Assembly: GCA_044229975.1 (NCBI GenBank)
Contig: JBGARZ010000001.1
Span: forward strand, 480,001 to 544,000
DNA from: Polyangiales bacterium
Lineage (GTDB): Bacteria; Myxococcota_A; Polyangia; Polyangiales; Ga0077539
Length of the DNA stretch: 64,000 nt
Direction of reading: 5' to 3'
Shown piece after piece: positions 1 through 8,279 of the stretch. Below the pieces are notes generated by a model that saw only the letters and a program-made list of their open reading frames with translations, was not told the origin of the DNA and made no database searches. How positions within the stretch are numbered: position 1 is the stretch's first letter; the number at the start of each line of letters is the position of its first letter. The position numbers and the translations under genes are program-made.

Positions 1-3
1 ACC

Positions 4-717
4 ATGCGCCGCCATGTCCCCACGGGCGTCACGTGGACGGCCCGCGTCGCGGTCGACCCGGCGGTGTTTCCGTGGCTGTCGGCGGGCGCTCCGCGACCGA
101 CGGCCCGCCCGGTGCGCCGCGCTCCGTGGTCGCCGCTCTCGCTGGTCTATGGCCTCGGCCTCGCCGCGGTGCTGCTCATCGCCGCCCAGGCCCTGCGCCG
201 CCTCGAAGGCCCCGCACGCCTCACCCTCCCCCGCGCGCTGCGCCCGCTCCCGGCGCTGCTCGCGATCGGCGCCGCGACGGCCCACTCCTTCGCCCTCACC
301 GGCACCCAGGGATGCGTCTCCGTGGGCACGGCCTGCCTCCTCGGGGCGGTCGTGCTCTCGCTCCCGCGCCGCGCCACGGGAGCGCGTCGCCGGGCGTCGC
401 CATGGATCACCTGGGGTCGTCGCGTCGTGCTCGCCGCGCTCGCGGTCGGCTTCGTGCTGGCCGTGCGCGCCCGGTCGACGCCCGGTCTCATCGGCGCGCT
501 CGACCTCGCCACGCTCGTCGTCGCCTCGATGGCCGTCTCGCTGCTGCGGACGCCCGTCGCGGTGCCGCGGCCTGCGATGCGCGCCCCGATGGTGTCGGCG
601 ACGCGCTCGCTGGGCCTCGACGACCTTCTCGTCAGCGCTTCGGCTGGAGCCGCTGGTGGAACATCTTCAGCGCATCGTCGACCTTCTTCACCGCGGAGCG
701 CACCGCCGCCGGCTTGA
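4..717 (+). CDS. Probable C-terminal part of a membrane protein (likely begins upstream of the window)
   Basis: Several hydrophobic stretches (LVYGLGLAAVLLIAA; VVLAALAVGFVLAV). The tail overlaps the convergent DUF1232 gene, so the 3' end is uncertain. Confidence 0.4.
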   Translation: MRRHVPTGVTWTARVAVDPAVFPWLSAGAPRPTARPVRRAPWSPLSLVYGLGLAAVLLIAAQALRRLEGPARLTLPRALRPLPALLAIGAATAHSFALTGTQGCVSVGTACLLGAVVLSLPRRATGARRRASPWITWGRRVVLAALAVGFVLAVRARSTPGLIGALDLATLVVASMAVSLLRTPVAVPRPAMRAPMVSATRSLGLDDLLVSASAGAAGGTSSAHRRPSSPRSAPPPA

Positions 718-1204
718 AGTCGAGCTTCAACGCGAAGACCGAGACCTCGGCGTCGAGCCAGCCGGGGTCGACCTTGCCCTGGGCGATCTCGCTCGCGCGG
801 CGGCCCTTGTACTCCACCTTCTCGATGGCGAAGACGCGCTGCCGGAAGGCCTCGTAGGTCACGTCGTCGAGCGACTCGCGAAACACCGCGAGGTCGTCGC
901 CCGCGCTCTCCACCAGCTCGGGGATGCGGTCGCGCCACGCGTCGAAGCGGTCGGGCGCCTCGCGGCGGACCTCGTCGAGGCCGATGCGCAGAGCCAGCGC
1001 GTCGTCGAGGTAGCCCATCACACCAATGGAGTCGGGGATCACGTCCCCGGGCATCAGCGCGTAGAACACCGCGCCGTGCACCTTCTCGCGCAGCGCGTCG
1101 CTGAGCTCGGGGTCATCGCACGCCACGCGGAAGTACTCCTTGAAGTCCATCTGAAGGCCGGTGAGCCACTTCTCTGCGATCGCATCCAGAACGTCGGTCG
1201 ACAT
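632..1204 (-). CDS. YkvA/DUF1232 family protein
   Basis: Motif FYALMPGDVIPDSIGVMGYLDDALAL matches the DUF1232 pattern Y..sP.D.IPD.....G..DD. ATG at 1204 (MSTDV). Confidence 0.8.
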   Translation of the reverse strand: MSTDVLDAIAEKWLTGLQMDFKEYFRVACDDPELSDALREKVHGAVFYALMPGDVIPDSIGVMGYLDDALALRIGLDEVRREAPDRFDAWRDRIPELVESAGDDLAVFRESLDDVTYEAFRQRVFAIEKVEYKGRRASEIAQGKVDPGWLDAEVSVFALKLDFKPAAVRSAVKKVDDALKMFHQRLQPKR

Positions 1205-1266
1205 GATGGCGCGACCATACCGCAAGGTGCCGCCGCGACACCACGCCATCGGGAGACGGTGGAGGA

Positions 1267-4200
1267 TCACTTCTCCGTGAGGGTCTCGACGCCGTCCCAG
1301 CCGGGCGGCGCGCGGTCGAGGCCCGACACGCCGAGGCGCCTCAGGAAGTGCTTCGGGAGCGGATCGTCGGGCACCTCCTCCTGGCACCGGACGAAGCCCC
1401 GCCTCGCCGCCGCGAGGTCTCCCGCGAAGAAGGCGTCCAGCGCCGCTTCGTGCGTCTCCAGGGTGCGACGCCGGGCGTCACGGATGGCCTCGGGTTCGCC
1501 GTCGAGCACCTCGTACAAGGTCAACGACTGCTGCCTGCCCACCACCCGCACGCGCCCCACCCGCCGCGTGGCGTAGCGCTCCGGGGCGCGCATGCGCTGC
1601 ATCGTCGACTCGGAGATGAGCACGCCGGCCTCGTAGCGACGGGTGAGGCCCTCGACGCGCGCGGCAAGGTTCACCGGGTCGCCGACCACCCCGCACTTCA
1701 ACGAACGACCGCCGCCGAGCGTCGCGAGCATGACCGTCCCCGTGTTGATGCCGACGCCCGTACGCACCGGCGCGAGGCCCTGCTCGCGGCGGGTGGCGTT
1801 GAAGCGCTCCAGGGCGCGGTGCATCGCCACGGCGCCCGCGACGGCGTCGTCGGCGTTGGAGCCCGCGGCGTCGAAGAGGGCCATGACCCCGTCGCCCAGG
1901 TAGGTGTCGACGAAGCCGCCGTTGCCCTGGATCGCCGGCTCGGCCACCGCAAAGTACGAGTTGACGAAGGTGAGCGCCTCGACCGCGGGCAGCCGCTCGG
2001 TGAGCGACGTGAACCCGCGGATGTCCGAGAAGAACACCGAGACCTCCTTCATGGCGTGGTCGCCCAGCTCGACCCCGACGATGTCGTCGCGGTCGAGGCT
2101 GCGGAGGAATTGGTACGGCACGAAACGATCCTGCGCGGCGTGCAGGCGGGCGTTGTGCACCGAGATGGCCACCTGCGGGGCGAGCACCTCCAGCACCCTC
2201 ACCCGCGCCGCCGTGAAGGCCCCCGCGGACAGGTCATTCTCGAAGTAGAGCACGCCCATGTCGCGCCCCTGGTGCTGCACCGGCGCGCACAGCACCGAGC
2301 GCGGACGCACCCGCTGGAGGTACGCGTCGCCCGCAAACTCCGGGGCCGCCGTGATGTCGTCGTGCACCTCCGCCACGCCGCGCCGGGACACGCGACGCAC
2401 CACCGTGGGCGGCACCCGCGCGCCGTCCTCGAAGGCAACACCACCGGGCAGGGTGACGGCGCCGCCGTCATCGGAGGTTCCTTCGGCTTCGATGACCAGC
2501 GCGCCGCGGGAGCGCAGGAGGAGGACACCGCGGCGGGCGCCCACGCTCTCCAGCAGGATGCTCATGGCGCGGGTGAGCAGGCGGTCGAGGTTGACCTCGC
2601 CCGAGATGGCCTGTGATGCCTTGAGCAGCGTGTCGAGGTCGAGCGTCGGGTCGGTGCGCGGCGCGCTCGCCGGAATCGCGGGCGCGAGGAGGTCACCGTG
2701 CAGGACGTCGATCTGCGCGACCTTCGCCGTCGCGCCCCAGCGCTGCCACGCGAAGCGCGCTTCGAGGAGGTACGCGCGGGCCACGCTGCGGGCGCCGCGG
2801 CCGAGGTGGAAGAGCCCCGCGCGCTCGTTGGCCAGCGCCTCGTCGTGGACGAAGCCGTTGGCCGCGGCGCGCGCGATGGCGTCGTCGAAGCGGGTGATGG
2901 CCGCGCCGACGTCGCCCTCCACCCGCGCGAGCTCGGCGTCGAAGAGGCTCAGCAGATGGCCGGCGTTGTCGGGTGCGCGATCGGCCGCGGCGGCGACCTC
3001 GACGCGCCAGACGCGCACCGCGGCGATGCGCTGGGCGCGGTCATCGAGGGAGAGCTCGTCCAGGCACGACAGCTCGGCGACGGCGGCGAGCACCCGCATC
3101 GCGCACTGGTAGACGATGGCCACCGCGCCGTCCTGAAACTCGAAGACCAGCCGAGCGGCCTCGGTGGCGCCGCGGTAGTCGCGGAAGATCACCCGCGCCG
3201 ACAGCATGCACACCGCCAGCACCAGGGCCGCCGCGCGGAAGCCGGTCTCGCGGTAGCGCGCGAGGCAGGTGGCCTCGTCGTAGTCGTCGTCGACGAGGCG
3301 CGAAGGGTTGGACGAGGCGCCGCGCAGGCAGCGCACGAGCAGGGCGATCTGCGCGGTGCAGTGGTAGGCGGCGTCGAGGCGGTGCTGGCGCATGAGCGCC
3401 GTCGCGCGACCGAGGCTCGCGGACTGCGCGTCGAGGCCGAGGCCCGAGAAGTAGCCGTACACGGACTGAGCGTGGAGGACCCAGCCGGCGTACTCGAGGT
3501 CGCCCGCGTCCATGAGCGAGCGCGCGAGCTCGGCGGCGGTGGCGTGGACGGGGCGCAGGGGTTCGGTCCACGGGCGGACGAAGTGGTTGACGACGTGGCG
3601 GGTGCGGGCGCCCGCGGCGGGGTCGGGGAGGCGTTCGAGGAGGCGCAGCGCGAGGCGGCCGTACTCGTAGCCGAGGCCGAGGTGCCAGCCCGCGCAGAGG
3701 CTCAGCGCCAGCACCGCGAAGCCGTAGCTGGACTCCCGCGACGCGCCCCGCTGCACCGTGCGCATCACGAGCTGCGCGCTGAGCAGCGGCAGGAGGTTGG
3801 GCGTCGCGACGTAGCTCGCCGACGAGATGCCCACGAGCATCTGGCGCGCGGCCTCCTCCAACGGGTCGTCGACCAGCGGGAGGGCCGCGAGCTCATCGGG
3901 CGTGCGGTGCCCGATGGCCGCGAGGGCGGCGCCGATGCCCGCGACGACGTCGGCGTGCGTGGGGTTGCGCGGCAGCGAGATGCCTACGCCTTCGAGGGCC
4001 GCGAGGGCGGCGGTGATGCCTTCCTGGAGTTCCCAGCGGGCGATCTGCGCCTGGATGAGCACCCAGCCCGCGTGCAGGTGATCGATGGGCCCGCCCGCTC
4101 GCGCCCGCAGCGCTTCGACGCGCGAGCGCATGAGCGCGTGCTCGCCCACCAGCCAGGCCGCCCGCGCCGCCAGCAGCCAGGTCGACCGCGCCCGCACGGG

Positions 4201-6540
4201 GTCGCGCTCCCACTGCGACGGGCCCGCGAGGTCGATGGCCGCTTCGAGGAGCTGGTGCGCCGTGGCGTACGCGGCGTTTTGCAGGGCACGACGACCGGCT
4301 TCGAGGTCGAGGTCGGCGATGGCGGCGCGCTCGGCGGGGTCATCGACGAGATCGAGCGCGGCGTTGAAGTGACCGGCGAGGCGGAAGAGGTCGGCCTCGG
4401 GTGAGGCCGCGGCGAGGCGGGCGCGCATGGCGCGGGCGATGGCGAGGCGGGTGCGCGCGGTCTCGTCGGCCGAGAGAAGCTCGCCCGCGGCTTGTTGGAT
4501 GCGATCGTGGACGAAGGCGAACTCCAGGTCGGGCGCGAGCGCGACGCCGGTGTCCCAGTAGTCGTCCTGCACCGGGACGACGAAGCGCCGGTCGACGGCG
4601 ACGCGGAGAGCATCACGCAGGTCGGCGGGCGAGAGCTGCGTGGCGGCGCGCACGAGCGCGAGGTCGAAGCGGGAGCCCACCCACGCGGCCGCGGAGAGGC
4701 AGCGGCGGGCGTCGCCCGAGAGGGCGTCGAGGTCGCGGCGGAGGAGCACCACGACGTTGTCGGTGATGGCGTGGGCGCGGACGGCGGGGAGGTCCCAGCG
4801 CCACGCGAGGGCGTCGCGGTCGAAGCGCAGCGCGCCGGTGGTGCCGAGCTCCTCGACGAGGCGGCGCAGGAAGAAGGGGTTACCGGCGGTCTTGGCGTGC
4901 AGCAGCGCGGCGAGGTCGGCGGTGGTCTCGGCGGGCACGCGCAACGCGTCGGCGAGGATGCGTCGGACGTCGGCCACGAGCAGGGGGCCGAGGTGCAGGC
5001 GCTCGACGCGGGTTCCGGAGGCGCGGAGCGCGTCGATGGTGGGGACGAGGGCGTGGTCGTGGGAGACGTCGGTGTCGCGCCACGCACCGACGAGGAGGAG
5101 GTGGCTGAGGTCGGGGTCGCGGAAGAGCGTCTCGATGAGGCGCAGCGAGGCGAGGTCGGCCCACTGGAGGTCGTCGAGGAAGAGCACCACCGCGCGACCG
5201 GGCTGGGCGACGACGCGGAAGGTGCGGCGGAAGGTCTCCTGCACGCGCTGCTCGGACTCGGTGGGGTCGAGCTCGGCGAGGGGTGGCTGTGGACCGAGCA
5301 GGGCGCCCGCGCCGGCGACCATGTCCGTGAGCAGACGACCGTTGGGGCCGAGCGCTTCGAGGAGGCGGTCGCGCCACGCCGTCACGCCCGCGAGCGGTTC
5401 GGAGAGGGCGTCGCGGAAGAAGCCCGCGAGCGCCTGCGACAGCGCCGCGAAGGGGACGCCGCGCGAGTACTGATCGAACTTGCCGAGGAGCAGACGCGCG
5501 CCCGCGACGGTGGCCGGGCGGTGCAGCTCGAACACCAGCGACGTCTTGCCGATGCCGGGTTCGCCGGAGAGGAGCACCGCGCCGCGGGCGCCGCCGACGG
5601 TGTCGTCGAGGGCGGCGGTGAGTCGCGCGAGCTCGGCCTCGCGGCCGTGGAGGTCTTGCGGAAACTCCAGGCGCGCGCTGAGCGATCGGCCGACGAGCTG
5701 AACGCTCGGCGCCGCGACGCCGAGCGCGACGGCGTCGAGGCAGCGGCGCAGGTCGAGGGCGACCCCGGCGGCGCTCTGGTAGCGCTCCTCGGGGCGCTTG
5801 CGCAGCAGGGTCATCACGATCTCGGCGACGGCGGGCGGGAGCGCACGAACCCGTGGGCCGAGCGGCGCAGGCTCGCGGGCGAGGTGCGCGTGGACGAACT
5901 CCAAGAGGTCGGCGCACTCGAAGGGGGTGCAGCCGGCGAAGAGCTCGTAGAGCGTCGCGCCGAGGGCGTAGAGGTCGGCGCGGGCGTCGACGGCGCGGTT
6001 CATCCGGCCGGTCTGCTCGGGCGCGAGGTAGGCGGGCGTCCCTTCGATGGCGGACAGCGGGCGCGGGCTCGCGACGCCGTGGCTGAGCCGCGACGAGAGG
6101 CCGAAGTCGATGAGCCGCACCTCGCCCGTCGCCATCGACACCAGGAGGTTGGAGGGGTTGATGTCGCGGTGCAGGACGTCCTGCGCGTGGATGCGCTCGA
6201 TGCCTTCGGCGACGCGCAACGCGAGCGAGACGGACTCCGCCACGCCGAGGGCGCGACCCGCGAGCAGCGAGCTCAAGGGGACGTCGCCGCGGTCGTCCAT
6301 CACGATCTGCGCGACGCCGTCGTGCACCTCGAAGCCCACCACGCCGGGCGCGCCGACGCCGCCGACGGAGGCGAGCATGTCGTGCTCCCGACGGAAGCGC
6401 GCGAGCTCGGCGTCGGCAGGGAAGGCGCCGCGGAGCTGCTTGACCACCACCATGCGCTGATCGGAGCGACGGCGCGCGCGGGTCACCCGGCTGTGGGCTC
6501 CCTCGTGCAGCACCTCGACGTGTTCGTAGACGGCTTCCAC
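1267..6540 (-). CDS. Multidomain Ser/Thr kinase / P-loop (AAA_16, STAND-like) NTPase / helical repeats / GAF / class III nucleotidyl cyclase
   Basis: Kinase: VVVK, HRDINPSN, DFG, GTPAYLAPEQTGRMNR. Walker A GEPGIGKT, Walker B LFLDDLQWAD. GAF: RSVLCAPVQHQGRDMGVLYFEN. Cyclase: FSDIRGFT, YLGDGVMA, GINTG, GDPVNLAARVEG. GTG start with GAGGGG upstream. Confidence 0.93.
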   Translation of the reverse strand: MEAVYEHVEVLHEGAHSRVTRARRRSDQRMVVVKQLRGAFPADAELARFRREHDMLASVGGVGAPGVVGFEVHDGVAQIVMDDRGDVPLSSLLAGRALGVAESVSLALRVAEGIERIHAQDVLHRDINPSNLLVSMATGEVRLIDFGLSSRLSHGVASPRPLSAIEGTPAYLAPEQTGRMNRAVDARADLYALGATLYELFAGCTPFECADLLEFVHAHLAREPAPLGPRVRALPPAVAEIVMTLLRKRPEERYQSAAGVALDLRRCLDAVALGVAAPSVQLVGRSLSARLEFPQDLHGREAELARLTAALDDTVGGARGAVLLSGEPGIGKTSLVFELHRPATVAGARLLLGKFDQYSRGVPFAALSQALAGFFRDALSEPLAGVTAWRDRLLEALGPNGRLLTDMVAGAGALLGPQPPLAELDPTESEQRVQETFRRTFRVVAQPGRAVVLFLDDLQWADLASLRLIETLFRDPDLSHLLLVGAWRDTDVSHDHALVPTIDALRASGTRVERLHLGPLLVADVRRILADALRVPAETTADLAALLHAKTAGNPFFLRRLVEELGTTGALRFDRDALAWRWDLPAVRAHAITDNVVVLLRRDLDALSGDARRCLSAAAWVGSRFDLALVRAATQLSPADLRDALRVAVDRRFVVPVQDDYWDTGVALAPDLEFAFVHDRIQQAAGELLSADETARTRLAIARAMRARLAAASPEADLFRLAGHFNAALDLVDDPAERAAIADLDLEAGRRALQNAAYATAHQLLEAAIDLAGPSQWERDPVRARSTWLLAARAAWLVGEHALMRSRVEALRARAGGPIDHLHAGWVLIQAQIARWELQEGITAALAALEGVGISLPRNPTHADVVAGIGAALAAIGHRTPDELAALPLVDDPLEEAARQMLVGISSASYVATPNLLPLLSAQLVMRTVQRGASRESSYGFAVLALSLCAGWHLGLGYEYGRLALRLLERLPDPAAGARTRHVVNHFVRPWTEPLRPVHATAAELARSLMDAGDLEYAGWVLHAQSVYGYFSGLGLDAQSASLGRATALMRQHRLDAAYHCTAQIALLVRCLRGASSNPSRLVDDDYDEATCLARYRETGFRAAALVLAVCMLSARVIFRDYRGATEAARLVFEFQDGAVAIVYQCAMRVLAAVAELSCLDELSLDDRAQRIAAVRVWRVEVAAAADRAPDNAGHLLSLFDAELARVEGDVGAAITRFDDAIARAAANGFVHDEALANERAGLFHLGRGARSVARAYLLEARFAWQRWGATAKVAQIDVLHGDLLAPAIPASAPRTDPTLDLDTLLKASQAISGEVNLDRLLTRAMSILLESVGARRGVLLLRSRGALVIEAEGTSDDGGAVTLPGGVAFEDGARVPPTVVRRVSRRGVAEVHDDITAAPEFAGDAYLQRVRPRSVLCAPVQHQGRDMGVLYFENDLSAGAFTAARVRVLEVLAPQVAISVHNARLHAAQDRFVPYQFLRSLDRDDIVGVELGDHAMKEVSVFFSDIRGFTSLTERLPAVEALTFVNSYFAVAEPAIQGNGGFVDTYLGDGVMALFDAAGSNADDAVAGAVAMHRALERFNATRREQGLAPVRTGVGINTGTVMLATLGGGRSLKCGVVGDPVNLAARVEGLTRRYEAGVLISESTMQRMRAPERYATRRVGRVRVVGRQQSLTLYEVLDGEPEAIRDARRRTLETHEAALDAFFAGDLAAARRGFVRCQEEVPDDPLPKHFLRRLGVSGLDRAPPGWDGVETLTEK

Positions 6541-6549
6541 GTTCGCCCC

Positions 6550-8223
6550 TCAGACGTGGATGCTCTGGGCGACCCGCGACGGGAGCAGGTACGGAAAGCG
6601 CCACTGCCGACCGGCGTCGCGCATCACGCTCTCGGCCTCGATGGTCGCCAGCTCGTCGCGCAACGCCGTCGCCAGCGCCTCGACCCGCGGGTCATCGAAC
6701 CAACCCGGGGGGAACTCCCCCAGGGTGTTGAGTCGCAGCTCGCGCTGCGGGAGCGTGAGGTCGAGCATGCGGTTGGCGATGCCGAGCGGCGCAAGGGCGC
6801 GGAGGTAGTCGTCGGAGGTTGGTTCTTGCGCGGGGTCGAGCGGAGGCGCCCAGAGAGCCGACGGGTAGGTCGCCGCCCACGCGTACTGGTCGTAGCCGTT
6901 GTAGTTGACCGCCGCGTGCCCGGCCGTGATCTGGAAGATCACCGTCGTCACGAGGTCGACGAGCTCATCGATCGTCGCGAGCGAAGGGAGGTCGTGCAGC
7001 GTCGCGCCGTCCGCGGCACCGAGCGCCGCATGCCAGGCGACGAGCTCGGGGTCGCGCGAGAGATCGGCGTCGCTCGTGTACCAGAGCCGGAGGTAGCCAT
7101 CGACCCAGCGGCGCAGCGCGTGCGCGATGGGCATGCCGTCGTCGCGGAAGGGGTACTCGGGCAGGGCGTCGACGTCGTCGCAGCCGCGCAGGGCGAGGTC
7201 GCGCCACGGGGCCGCGTCGCGCATCGAGCGCGAGCGGATGACCTGCACCGCGAGGTCGATGGACGCCTCGCGCGTCGGGGCGAGGAGCTCGTCGAAGTAG
7301 CCGCCGACCCCGATGACGTCGGTCTTCATGGTCTCGTTGGCGGCGGCGGTCATCTCGAAGTGCGGCCACAGGAGCCGACGCAGCGGGTGCTGCGGAGCGA
7401 GCTCACGCGCGGTGCAGACCTGCACACCGCCCGCGATGGAGTGGCAGATGCCGAGGTGCATCACCGCGCCGGCCCACACCGAGTCCGCGGCGTTGACGCC
7501 GAGGCGCGCGAGCCGCCAGCGCTCACCGTCGGCGGGCGTGTAGATGGGACCGCCCGCCGCGGTGCGCTGGATGGCCACCGGGCGCAAGGCGCCGTCGAGG
7601 GTGCGGACGAACAGCGCCAAGGGGCTATCGCAGTAGCGGGGATAGCCCTGCGTCGCGCCCATCGGGACACCCGCCAGGGCCGAGAGGTCGAGCACGTAGA
7701 CGCGTCCCTCGGCGCGCGCCCGGTCGAGCGAGTCGCCGTCTCCGATGGCCGCGCGGAGGTGATCGTCGGTCACCGGGAAGCGCGGGTCGGCCTCGCGCTG
7801 TCGCCGCAGGTGGGTGGAGTTGCAGCCCGCGACCCGCTGCCACGCGAAGAAGCCGTCGTCATTGGAGAAGTCCTGGTAGGCCGTCGCGGGCAGCGTGTGG
7901 AAGAGGCCGTCGTAGTGCTGCTCGGCCTCCAGGGCGACCATGCTGCGCTCGGCGACCCCGTTGCTCACGTTGGGCATCCCGATCTGGGCGTGCACGCGGA
8001 GCAGGCGCGGGTCGAGCGCCGCCGCGACGCGGGTGCTGGCCAGCATGCTCTGGAGCTTGACGACCTTGAGCACGTACGCCGGGGTGTAGCGGTCGGACGC
8101 GGACTTCGCGGCGAGGGGGAGGCCCCGCTGGTCGGGGTCGAAGCGCCACTGCACGCGCTCGGCTTCGAGGGCGGCGCGGCGGGCTTCGGGGGCGGGGTCT
8201 TCGTGCGGGAGGGAGGCGTTCAT
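6550..8223 (-). CDS. Lipoxygenase family protein (divergent active site)
   Basis: QRVAGCN, PVAIQ, iron ligands HLGICH and HAAVN, YPFRDDG, C-terminal YLLPSRVAQSIHV. No signal peptide or PLAT domain. Confidence 0.92.
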   Translation of the reverse strand: MNASLPHEDPAPEARRAALEAERVQWRFDPDQRGLPLAAKSASDRYTPAYVLKVVKLQSMLASTRVAAALDPRLLRVHAQIGMPNVSNGVAERSMVALEAEQHYDGLFHTLPATAYQDFSNDDGFFAWQRVAGCNSTHLRRQREADPRFPVTDDHLRAAIGDGDSLDRARAEGRVYVLDLSALAGVPMGATQGYPRYCDSPLALFVRTLDGALRPVAIQRTAAGGPIYTPADGERWRLARLGVNAADSVWAGAVMHLGICHSIAGGVQVCTARELAPQHPLRRLLWPHFEMTAAANETMKTDVIGVGGYFDELLAPTREASIDLAVQVIRSRSMRDAAPWRDLALRGCDDVDALPEYPFRDDGMPIAHALRRWVDGYLRLWYTSDADLSRDPELVAWHAALGAADGATLHDLPSLATIDELVDLVTTVIFQITAGHAAVNYNGYDQYAWAATYPSALWAPPLDPAQEPTSDDYLRALAPLGIANRMLDLTLPQRELRLNTLGEFPPGWFDDPRVEALATALRDELATIEAESVMRDAGRQWRFPYLLPSRVAQSIHV

Positions 8224-8279
8224 CGCGGCGGTCCTTTGCAGTGGATTCCCCCCACCGAGGCGGACGGACGGACGGCGGG

